Source: an uncultured Actinomycetota bacterium (GTDB lineage Bacteria; Actinomycetota; Acidimicrobiia; Acidimicrobiales; RAAP-2). From it: a stretch of DNA of 64,000 nt. Location of the stretch: assembly GCA_963709665.1 (NCBI GenBank), contig CAVPWU010000011.1:243416-307415 (forward strand), read 5' to 3'. Shown here in pieces: positions 52,848 to 60,852 of the stretch. Both the position numbers and the translations under genes were made by a program. The notes beneath the pieces were generated by a model, which did not search any database, had not been told where the DNA came from, and saw only the letters and a program-made list of their open reading frames with translations. Each line of letters begins with the position of its first letter. Position 1 is the stretch's first letter.

Positions 52848-54212
52848 CTAGCTCGAGGCCAGGTCCTTCAGGGCCGGCTCGATGGCCCGGTGGAAGGTGG
52901 GATAGGCGTAGATCATGTGCCGGAGGGTCTCGGTCGGCACCTCGGCGTGCACGGCCAGGGTGAGCAGGCCCAGCACCTCACCGCCCATCGGACCGGCCGA
53001 CGAGGCCCCCACCAGCACGCCCCGGTCGGCGTCCTCCACCAGCTTGATGTAGCCGCGGTTGCCGGCCTTGTGGATCCAGCCCCGGGCCGAGGTCTCGAGC
53101 TCCGTGAACCCCACGTTCACCCGCAGGCCCTTCTCCCGGGCCGCCCGCTCGTTGAGGCCCACCGAGCCGATCTCCGGGTCGGTGAAGGTGACCCGGGGCA
53201 CGGCCCGGTAGTCGGCCGGGGTCACCGGCTCGCCCAGGATGTCGTGGACCACGATGTCGGCCTGGTACATCGACACGTGGGTGAACGCCCCCTTGGCGGT
53301 CACGTCGCCGACCGCCCACACCCCCTCCACCACCCGGAGATGGTCGTCCACGGGGACGGCGCGGGCATCGGCGGCGATCCCCAGCGACTCGAGCCCCAGG
53401 CCGGCCAGGGACGGGCGCCGGCCGGTGGCCACCAGCAGGCGCTCCACCACCACCGGGGACACGCCCCCGACGTGGAGGGTGAACTGCCCGTCCTGGTGGG
53501 CCACCGATTCGATGGTCACCCCGGTGAGCACGCCGATCCCCTCGTCGGCGAAGACCTCGGCCAGTAGCTCCCCGGCCTCGGGCTCCTCGGGCCCCATCAG
53601 CCGGGGACCCAGCTCCAGCACCGTCACCCGGGACCCGAACCGCGAGAAGACCTGGGCCAGCTCCACCCCGATCGGGCCGCCGCCGATGATGGCCAGCGAG
53701 GCGGGGACCTCCTCGGTCTCGATGGCGTCGCGGTTGTTCCAGGCCGGCACGTCGGCCAGCCCGGGGATGGGCGGGCTCCACGAGGTCGCCCCCACCCCCA
53801 GCACCACCGCCCGGGAGGCCTCGAAGGTCCGGTCCCCCACCACCACCGTCGAGGGCCCCTCGAGGTGCGCCCACCCCCGGACGAACCGGCCGCCCTTCCG
53901 CTCGAACCGCTCGACGGCCACCGTGTCGTCCCAGTCGTCGGTGGCCTCCTTCCGGATGCGCTCGGCGACCGGGGCCCAGGCGGGCGTCACCGACGACTCC
54001 CCGGCGATGCCCGGGATGCGACGTCCCTCGGCCAGGAGGTCGGAGCCCCGGATCATCATCTTGGAGGGGATGCACCCCCAGTAGGGGCACTCGCCGCCCA
54101 CCAGGCGCCCGTCGATCCCGACCACGTCGAGGCCGGCCTCGGCCAGCCGCTCGGCGACGTCCTCACTCCCCGGTCCCATCCCCACCACGATCACTTCAGC
54201 GTGCTCGGTCAC
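52848..54212 (-). CDS. Class I pyridine-nucleotide disulfide oxidoreductase (dihydrolipoyl dehydrogenase family).
   Basis: The sequence has VIVVGMGPGSEDVA and the redox-active GGECPYWGCIPSK. The start is taken at GTG 54212. Confidence 0.85.
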   Translation of the reverse strand: MTEHAEVIVVGMGPGSEDVAERLAEAGLDVVGIDGRLVGGECPYWGCIPSKMMIRGSDLLAEGRRIPGIAGESSVTPAWAPVAERIRKEATDDWDDTVAVERFERKGGRFVRGWAHLEGPSTVVVGDRTFEASRAVVLGVGATSWSPPIPGLADVPAWNNRDAIETEEVPASLAIIGGGPIGVELAQVFSRFGSRVTVLELGPRLMGPEEPEAGELLAEVFADEGIGVLTGVTIESVAHQDGQFTLHVGGVSPVVVERLLVATGRRPSLAGLGLESLGIAADARAVPVDDHLRVVEGVWAVGDVTAKGAFTHVSMYQADIVVHDILGEPVTPADYRAVPRVTFTDPEIGSVGLNERAAREKGLRVNVGFTELETSARGWIHKAGNRGYIKLVEDADRGVLVGASSAGPMGGEVLGLLTLAVHAEVPTETLRHMIYAYPTFHRAIEPALKDLASS

Positions 54213-54239
54213 GGCGCTCCTCGCTCTGTTCCGTCGTTC

Positions 54240-54470
54240 CACGGCTCCGGTCGTCCACCGTCCCACCGTCCCACCGCCCCACCGCCGATGGCCAACCCGC
54301 CCCTCGGCCCCGGCCGGCCCGCCCCCGGGTCTACCGCACGGGCTGGTCGGCCGTTCGGCGACCGCCCGACCCGCCCCGCCCCGACCCCTCCCGCCCCCGG
54401 GCCCCCCCGCCCCCCGGGCCCCCGGTCGGCCCCTCCCGCCTCCTCCATCGGACCCGGTCGGCACCGGAGG
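54240..54470. other. Strongly strand-asymmetric tract: C-rich on the plus strand and G-run-rich on the minus strand, with tandem CCACCGYC octamers.
   Basis: CCACCGTC CCACCGTC CCACCGCC CCACCGCC occurs at about 54256-54287. Further on, CCCGCCCCGCCCCGACCCCTCCCGCCCCCGGGCCCCCCCGCCCCCCGGGCCCCC. Confidence 0.5.
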
Positions 54471-54504
54471 GAACATGCCCGGGCGCCCGGGCGTTGAACC
54501 TCAC

Positions 54505-54798
54505 ATGACCGTACGAGCGACATGGAACGGCGCCGTTCTCGCCGAAAGTGACCGGACCGTGGTGGTGGAGGGCAACCACTACTTCCCCGACGACCAGGTG
54601 CACTCGGAGTACTTCGAGGCCAGCGACACCCGGTCGGTCTGCCCGTGGAAGGGCACCGCCAGCTACCGGACGGTGACCGTCGACGGGGCCCGCAACGAGG
54701 ACGCCGCCTGGTACTACCCGGAGCCGAAGGACGCCGCCAAGGAGATCCTCGGCCACACCGCCTTCTGGAAGGGCGTGGAGGTCTCCGAGGTCGCCTGA
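54505..54798 (+). CDS. DUF427 domain-containing protein.
   Basis: The sequence is MTVRATWNGAVLAESDRTVVVEGNHYFP...VCPWKGTASYRTV...AAWYYPEP... Confidence 0.8.
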   Translation: MTVRATWNGAVLAESDRTVVVEGNHYFPDDQVHSEYFEASDTRSVCPWKGTASYRTVTVDGARNEDAAWYYPEPKDAAKEILGHTAFWKGVEVSEVA

Positions 54799-54882
54799 GT
54801 CTCCGCGATCGCCGGAGGCTCCGAGGTCGCCGGAGTCGCCGGACGCCGGCCCCGGGTCGACCGGGGGACCTCGGTCCCCGTC

Positions 54883-55923
54883 TCAGCCCCGACGACGGGC
54901 GATGTCGAAGCAGGCGATCGATCCCGCCGTGGCCACGTTGAGCGACGACAGGGTGCCGTGCTGGGGGATGGCGGCCAGGGCGTCGCACCGCTTCCGGGTG
55001 AGCGGAGCCAGCCCGTCGCCCTCGGAGCCGACCACCAGCGCCACCGGCTGATCGCCCAGCGGAAGGTCGTAGAGGGAGCGGGGGGCGTCGCCGTCGAGGC
55101 CCACCGTCCAGAGGCCCAGGCTCGACATCCGCTGGAGGGCGCTGGGCACCCCGGGCACCAGCGTCATCCGGAGGTACTCGATGGCGCCGGCCGCCACCTT
55201 GGCCACCGTGGGGGAGAGATGGGCGGAGCGGTGCTTGGGGAGCACGATGCCGGTCACCCCGGCGCACTCCGCGCTCCGCAGCAGGTTCCCCAGGTTGTGG
55301 GGGTCGGTGACCCCGTCGAACACCAGCAGGAACGGCGGACGACCCTTACCGGTCGGCTGGCACAGTTCCTCGAGGTCGGTGCCCTCCACCGCCGAGGCCA
55401 GGGCCACCACCCCCTGGGGTCCCTCGGTGCGGGCCACCTGGTCGATCCGGCGGCGCGAGACCCGCTCCACCTTCACCCGCCGCTTGACCGCCAACGCCTC
55501 GATCTCGTCGAGGATGGCCGCCGGGTCCATGCCCTCGGCCACCAGCAGCTGCCGGACCCGCCGCCGGTTGGCGTGCAGCAGCTCCCGGACCGCCTGGCGG
55601 CCCTCCACCTGCTCGCCCCCCAGGCCGACCGACTCGCTCCGTCGACGATCACCCGGTCGGTCCCGGTCGTCGTCAGCCCGGCGGACGGGACCTGCCCCGC
55701 CCCCGGCGCGGGCGCCGCGGCCGGAGCCTCCACCCGCACCACGCCCGCCCGACCCGGCGGAGCCGCCCCGGCCACCGGCACTCCCGCCCCGGCCGCCGGC
55801 ACCCCCCCGACCGGCCGCGCTCCCGCCCCGGGCCCCCGCCCCGCCCTTGCCCGCCGAGCTCCCGCCCCAGGCCCCGGGTCCGGTGCGCTTGGGCGGGCGT
55901 CCCCGCCCGGATCCCGGGCTCAC
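54883..55923 (-). CDS. rlmB: 23S rRNA (guanosine-2'-O)-methyltransferase RlmB (SpoU/TrmH family) with an N-terminal Gly/Arg-rich extension.
   Basis: The SpoU motifs are VFDGVTDPHNLGNLLRSAECAG, LVVGSEGDGL and IPQHGTLSSLNVATAGSIACF. GTG 55923 overlaps the ispF stop (GTGA). Confidence 0.85.
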   Translation of the reverse strand: MSPGSGRGRPPKRTGPGAWGGSSAGKGGAGARGGSAAGRGGAGGRGGSAGGRGGSAGSGGRGAGGGSGRGARAGGGAGPVRRADDDRDRPGDRRRSESVGLGGEQVEGRQAVRELLHANRRRVRQLLVAEGMDPAAILDEIEALAVKRRVKVERVSRRRIDQVARTEGPQGVVALASAVEGTDLEELCQPTGKGRPPFLLVFDGVTDPHNLGNLLRSAECAGVTGIVLPKHRSAHLSPTVAKVAAGAIEYLRMTLVPGVPSALQRMSSLGLWTVGLDGDAPRSLYDLPLGDQPVALVVGSEGDGLAPLTRKRCDALAAIPQHGTLSSLNVATAGSIACFDIARRRG

Positions 55924-56468
55924 GACCGGCCCCCCGGGATCGCCCCGGCTCCGTCGCCCAGCGGCGCCAGCAGGACCACCGCCGTGCAGGCGATCCCCTC
56001 GGCGCGGCCCAGGGCGCCCAGGCCCTCGGCCCGGGTGGCCTTGACGTTCACCGGGGCGCCGAGGGCGGTCGACAGCCGCTCGGACATGGCCTCGACCCTG
56101 GACGCCAGCCTGGGTCGCTCCGCCACCACCGTGCAGTCGCCGTTCACCGGCGTCCAGCCCGCCTCGGCGGCCAACGCCACCACCTGGGCGAGCAGGGCGA
56201 TGCTGTCGGCCCCCGCCCACGCCGGATCGGTGTCGGGAGCGTGGCGGCCCAGGTCACCGAGGCCGGCCGCCCCCAGGACGGCGTCGGCGACGGCGTGGGC
56301 CACCACGTCGGCGTCGCTGTGCCCCTCCAACCCGGTCACGCCCTCCCCGGTGATCGCCACCCCACCCAGGACCAGGGGGCGGTCGGGGTCGTCGGAGAAC
56401 CGGTGGACGTCGATGCCCTGCCCCACCCGGAACCCGGCGGCCGGCCCGGGGGCCGGGCCGGCGGTCAC
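55920..56468 (-). CDS. ispF: 2-C-methyl-D-erythritol 2,4-cyclodiphosphate synthase.
   Basis: The sequence has FRVGQGIDVHRF....PLVLGGV...G..GHSDADVVAHAV.DA.LGA. Confidence 0.95.
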   Translation of the reverse strand: MTAGPAPGPAAGFRVGQGIDVHRFSDDPDRPLVLGGVAITGEGVTGLEGHSDADVVAHAVADAVLGAAGLGDLGRHAPDTDPAWAGADSIALLAQVVALAAEAGWTPVNGDCTVVAERPRLASRVEAMSERLSTALGAPVNVKATRAEGLGALGRAEGIACTAVVLLAPLGDGAGAIPGGRS

Positions 56469-57121
56469 GGCACCGCCCCGGAGGGCAGCAGCGCCTCGGC
56501 CACGGTCAGGTCCTCGGGGTAGGTCAGCTTCAGGTTGGTGGGTACGCCGGGCACGGTGCGCACCGTAGCCCCGCGGGCCTCCAGGAGCCCCGCATCGTCG
56601 GTGGCCTCCCCGCCGGCGGCGTGGGCGGCCCGGAGGGTGGAGGCCACGAACGCCTGGGGGGTCTGGACGGTCACCATCCCGGCGCGGTCGACGGTGGCGG
56701 TCACCACCCCGTCGGTCACCCGCTTCACCGTGTCGGACACCGGCACCACCGGGATGGCCCCGTCGGCCCCCCCGGACACCACGGCTGCCACCACCGCCTC
56801 GAAGAGCGAGGGCGGGGCCAGCGGGCGGGCGGCGTCGTGGATGACGATCACCGCCGCCTCCTCCGGCACCGCGGCCAGGCCCGCCCGGACCGAGGCGCTC
56901 CGGGAGTCGCCACCGGCCACCACCAGGTCGGCACCCCAGGCATCGTCGGTCGTCACGGCCCCGGAGCCGTCCGGGTCGCCACCGGCCGGCACCACCACCA
57001 CCACGCCGGAGGCCACCGACCGGGCGGCCTGCACCGACCAGGCGATGACCGGTCGACCGGCCAGCTCGAGGAACTGCTTGGGGCGGCCGAACCGGGTTCC
57101 GGTGCCCCCCGCCACCACCAC
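56465..57121 (-). CDS. ispD: 2-C-methyl-D-erythritol 4-phosphate cytidylyltransferase.
   Basis: The sequence has VVAGGTGTRFGRPKQFLEL.GRPV, IHDAARPL and VQTPQAF. Confidence 0.9.
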   Translation of the reverse strand: MVVAGGTGTRFGRPKQFLELAGRPVIAWSVQAARSVASGVVVVVPAGGDPDGSGAVTTDDAWGADLVVAGGDSRSASVRAGLAAVPEEAAVIVIHDAARPLAPPSLFEAVVAAVVSGGADGAIPVVPVSDTVKRVTDGVVTATVDRAGMVTVQTPQAFVASTLRAAHAAGGEATDDAGLLEARGATVRTVPGVPTNLKLTYPEDLTVAEALLPSGAVP

Positions 57122-57144
57122 GGCCCAGACCGGGGCCCCTGGGC

Positions 57145-57621
57145 TCAGGGAAGCGCCTCGTCGAGCCGCAGCTCGGCGGTCTCCTCGTCGACGGCCAGGG
57201 CGAAGGTCAGCTCGGACACCAGGATCTGGCGGGCCCGGCTGAGCATGCGCTTCTCGCCGGCCGACAGCCCCTTGTCCTTGTCCCGGATCGACAGGTTCCG
57301 GACCACTTCGGCCACCTGGTAGATGTCGCCGGACCGGAGCTTCTCCGAGTGGTTCTTGTACCGCCGCGACCAGTTGGTGGGCATCCGGGCCTCCTTCTTC
57401 CGGAGCACCGCGAACACCTCCTCGACCTCTTCGTCGTTGATGACCTCGCGGAGGCCGACGCCTTCCGTGTTGTCGGCCGGGACCATGAGGGTCAGATCCC
57501 CGTAGGCGAGACGGAGTACCAGGTACTCCTTCTTCTCTCCGAAGGCCTCCTTGGTCTCGCGTCGTTCAACGACAGCCGCGCCGTGGTGCGGATAGACGAC
57601 CTTGTCACCGATGTCGAACAC
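57145..57621 (-). CDS. carD: CarD-family RNA-polymerase-binding transcription regulator.
   Basis: The sequence is VFDIGDKVVYPHHGAAVVERRETKEAFGEKKEYLVLRLAYGDLTLMVP...WSRRYKNH.EKL.SGD. Confidence 0.9.
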   Translation of the reverse strand: MFDIGDKVVYPHHGAAVVERRETKEAFGEKKEYLVLRLAYGDLTLMVPADNTEGVGLREVINDEEVEEVFAVLRKKEARMPTNWSRRYKNHSEKLRSGDIYQVAEVVRNLSIRDKDKGLSAGEKRMLSRARQILVSELTFALAVDEETAELRLDEALP

Positions 57622-57756
57622 CGTTCCTCCTGGCGTTGCGTGCTGATCCCGGGCAGGTGAGCGACATCGGGACCGCGTAGACGAAGCAACCAAGGGTACA
57701 CGGTGCCGGGTCCCTCCCCGACCCGCCCCCCGACGCCACCGCCGGTGTGCCTGCGC

Positions 57757-58848
57757 CTACTGGTAGCGCTCGAAGATGCTGGTCTCGGCCAGCCGGGCCA
57801 GGCCCTCCTTGACCGAGCGGGCCTTGGCCACCCCCACGCCCTCCACCTGCTCGAGCTCGGTCAGCGAGGCCCGCATGATCTGCTGCAGGTTCACGAACCG
57901 GTCCACGATGCGCTCGATGATGGTGTCCGACAGGCGGGGCAGGCGGTGGAGGAGCCGGTAGCCACGGGGCTCCACCCCGGAGTGGATGTCGGTGAGGGAG
58001 GCGGGCAGGGAGAGCACCTCGGTCACCCGATGGACGTCCACCAGCTCGTCGGGCGTCAGGTTGGCCAGCCGGGTGGCGGCCCGCTCGACGGCGTCGGCCC
58101 GCTGGGCGGGAGCCGGGGAGGTGTGCCGGAGGTAGTCCCGGATGACCAGGCGCAGCGAGTCGGACACCCCGTCCATCAGCTCGGCCAGCTGCAGCCGGAC
58201 CAGGCGGCCGTCGTCGCCCAGCTCCACCAGGTACCCGGAGACCTCGTCGGCGATCCGCACCACCATCTCCGCCGACTGGAGGGCGGCGGCCACGTCCCCC
58301 ACCGACACGGTGTCCTCCACCTCGAGGGAGGACAGACCGGTGAGCGTGACGTCGAACCGGCTCCGGAAGCGCTCCAGGGTGGCCAGGGCCTGGTCGGCAC
58401 GGTCGCGGAGCCAGCTGATCGGCTGCAGGGTGTGCTTCTGGTCGTTCCGGTAGACGGCGATGATCGACATGGCGGCCGACACCGACAGCACCGGGACGTC
58501 GATCGACCGGGCGACCCGCTCGGCGGTGCGGTGGCGGGTCCCCGTCTCGGTGGTGGGGATGGAGGCCTTGGGCATCAGGTGGACGTTGGCCCGGGCGATA
58601 CGGGAGGCGTCCGAGGCCAGGATGATGGCGCCGTCCATTTTGGCCAGCTCCGACAGTCGCTGGGGGCTGAACTCGGCGTCGAGCAGGAAGCCCCCCGAGC
58701 AGATGGAGAGCACCGCCGGGTCGTCGCCCACCACCACCAGGGCGCCCCGCTTGGCCTGCAGTACCCGGTCGAGACCGTCGCGCAACGGCCGTCCCGGCGC
58801 GGCCATGGCCAGTGCCTCGTTGAGCGCCGTCTGCTGGCGAGTGCTCAC
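57757..58848 (-). CDS. disA: DNA integrity scanning protein DisA (diadenylate cyclase).
   Basis: The sequence has KRGALVVVGD....ICSGGF.LDAEFS..RL.ELAKMDGAIILASD..RIARANVHL.P...IPT.ETGTRHRTAERVA plus a C-terminal HhH. Confidence 0.9.
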   Translation of the reverse strand: MSTRQQTALNEALAMAAPGRPLRDGLDRVLQAKRGALVVVGDDPAVLSICSGGFLLDAEFSPQRLSELAKMDGAIILASDASRIARANVHLMPKASIPTTETGTRHRTAERVARSIDVPVLSVSAAMSIIAVYRNDQKHTLQPISWLRDRADQALATLERFRSRFDVTLTGLSSLEVEDTVSVGDVAAALQSAEMVVRIADEVSGYLVELGDDGRLVRLQLAELMDGVSDSLRLVIRDYLRHTSPAPAQRADAVERAATRLANLTPDELVDVHRVTEVLSLPASLTDIHSGVEPRGYRLLHRLPRLSDTIIERIVDRFVNLQQIMRASLTELEQVEGVGVAKARSVKEGLARLAETSIFERYQ

Positions 58849-58954
58849 CGGCGAATGGTACCCGCCGGCACCGTCGGGCGCCCTGGAAACGCGGGCCCCG
58901 ACAGTCCGCTGTCGGTCACCTGGACGGTGCCCACCACTCGGCCGACCCGGGCGG

Positions 58955-60571
58955 TCACCGACCGTCCTCGTCCGCAGCGATATCCGCGGCGATGTCCCGG
59001 AAGGGGTCCGGGTCCCCGTCCCGGCCGACGGGCGCACTCCCGTCCCCGGCGGGGGCATCCCCGTCGGCCCGGAACCTCCGGTCGATCGCCTCGAGGGCGG
59101 CCTCGAGCTCCTCGTCGTCCGACCCCCCGTCCCCGTGCACCACCGTCAGGTCCCCCATCGACCGGCGGTGACGCGGCACGTCCGGGGTCGGGGGCGGCCC
59201 CACGCCGCACAGGTCGAGCGCCCCGGCCACGGTCTCCGCCCGGATCAGCTCCATGCCGGCCGGTCCGGCCGGTGAGTTGCCGGGCACCACCGCCCGCCGG
59301 AATCCGAGGCGGGCCGCCTCCTCGAGCCGCTTGCCCACATTGTCGACCTGCCGGACCTCACCACCCAGTCCCACCTCGCCCAGCGCCACCAGGTCGGGCG
59401 GGAGCGGGCGACCGGTGGCGGCCGACGCCACCGCCAGGGCCACCGCCAGGTCGGCGGCGGGCTCGGTGACCCGCACCCCGCCGGCCACCGAGGCGAACAC
59501 GTCGAGCCGGGGAAGGTCGAGGCCGGAGTACCGCGCCAGCACGGCCAGGGTCATGACCAGACGACTGCCGTCCAGGCCGACCACCGACCGTTTGGGGGTT
59601 GCCGCCCCCATGGGCGTCACCAGGGCCTGGAGCTCCACCAGGAGGGTCCTGCGGCCCTGCATGGCCGGGAGCACGCTGCCACCCGCCACCCCGGGCCGCC
59701 GGTCCCCGAGGAGCAGGCGCCCGGGGTCGTCCACCCGGTTGAGGCCGTGGTCGGCCATTTCGAACAGTCCCAGCTCGCCGGTGGGCCCGTAACGGTGCTT
59801 GACCGCCACCAGCAGCCGGAGCGAGTGGTGACGGTCACCCTCGAAGGAGAGCACGGTGTCGACCATGTGCTCGAGCGCCCGGGGACCCGCCAACGAGCCG
59901 TCCTTGGTGACATGGCCGACCAGCACCACCGCCACCTGCCGGGCCTTGGCCAGGCCGACCAGCTGGTCGGCGCACTCCCGGACCTGGGTGACGCTCCCGG
60001 GCACCCCACCGGCCCGGCGCTGGCCGGCGGTGGCCGGACCCACCGCCACCGCCTGGATGGAGTCCACCACCACCAGGTCGCAGTCGGTCTCCACCACGGC
60101 GGCGGCCACCGCTCCCACATCGGTCACCGGCAGGATGAGGAGGCCGGGCGGCACCGCCCCCAGCCGCTCGGCCCGCAGGCGGACCTGGTGGGCCGACTCC
60201 TCGGCGGAGACCAGCAGCACCCGGTGGCCGGCGGCGGCCCGGGCCATCAGCACCTGCAGCAGCAGGGTCGACTTGCCGATGCCCGGCTCGCCCCCCAGGA
60301 GGGTGACCGAGCCCGGCACCAGCCCGCCGGCCAGCACCCGGTCGAATTCGTCCACCCCGGTGGAGATGGCCTTGGCCTCGCTCAGGTCCACCGACGACAG
60401 GGGCATGGGCATGGCCGAGAGGTCCAGCTCGTTCACCGCCTGCACCAGCGGGTCGAGGGCGGACTCCTCCACCAGGGTGTTCCACTCCCCGCAGGTCGGG
60501 CAGCGGCCCACCCACTGGGGCGTGGTGGCACCGCAGTCGATGCAACGGTGGCGTCGGATGGTCTTGGCCAT
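58955..60571 (-). CDS. radA: DNA repair protein RadA/Sms with an unusual acidic C-terminal extension.
   Basis: The sequence is MAKTIRRHRCIDCGATTPQWVGRCPTCGEWNTLVEE. Walker A is GGEPGIGKSTLLLQ, KNRYG is replaced by KHRYGPTGE, and a Lon-like domain is present. Confidence 0.9.
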   Translation of the reverse strand: MAKTIRRHRCIDCGATTPQWVGRCPTCGEWNTLVEESALDPLVQAVNELDLSAMPMPLSSVDLSEAKAISTGVDEFDRVLAGGLVPGSVTLLGGEPGIGKSTLLLQVLMARAAAGHRVLLVSAEESAHQVRLRAERLGAVPPGLLILPVTDVGAVAAAVVETDCDLVVVDSIQAVAVGPATAGQRRAGGVPGSVTQVRECADQLVGLAKARQVAVVLVGHVTKDGSLAGPRALEHMVDTVLSFEGDRHHSLRLLVAVKHRYGPTGELGLFEMADHGLNRVDDPGRLLLGDRRPGVAGGSVLPAMQGRRTLLVELQALVTPMGAATPKRSVVGLDGSRLVMTLAVLARYSGLDLPRLDVFASVAGGVRVTEPAADLAVALAVASAATGRPLPPDLVALGEVGLGGEVRQVDNVGKRLEEAARLGFRRAVVPGNSPAGPAGMELIRAETVAGALDLCGVGPPPTPDVPRHRRSMGDLTVVHGDGGSDDEELEAALEAIDRRFRADGDAPAGDGSAPVGRDGDPDPFRDIAADIAADEDGR

Positions 60572-60852
60572 GGGGCGATGGTAGGGAACGGGTGCGACAG
60601 GTGGGGCCATGGTGCGCCGATCGGGGCTGCAGCCGGCTCCGATCGTGCACCTTGGCACTCCGCCCGCCCCGCCGGACCCGCCCCGCCACCCACCACGACC
60701 CGCCACCCACCACCCGCTCCGGTCCGGTCGATCCGGGCCCCGGAACGGCCGAACCCCCCGCCACCAGGTGACAGGGGGTTCGCAGTACCGCATCGGGCCC
60801 ACCGGTCGGCCCCGCCCGGCAGCGCCGGTGGACCGCCCGGGGCGGGCCGGGG

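Noticed and set aside
47010-53567. 897-aa (47010..49703) and 854-aa (51003..53567) plus-strand ORFs, and similar ones such as 57703..59469.
   Set aside because: They overlap the GT39, EgtD, reductase and DisA genes in other frames or strands. Composition is Arg/Pro/Gly-dominated and no domain signature is present.
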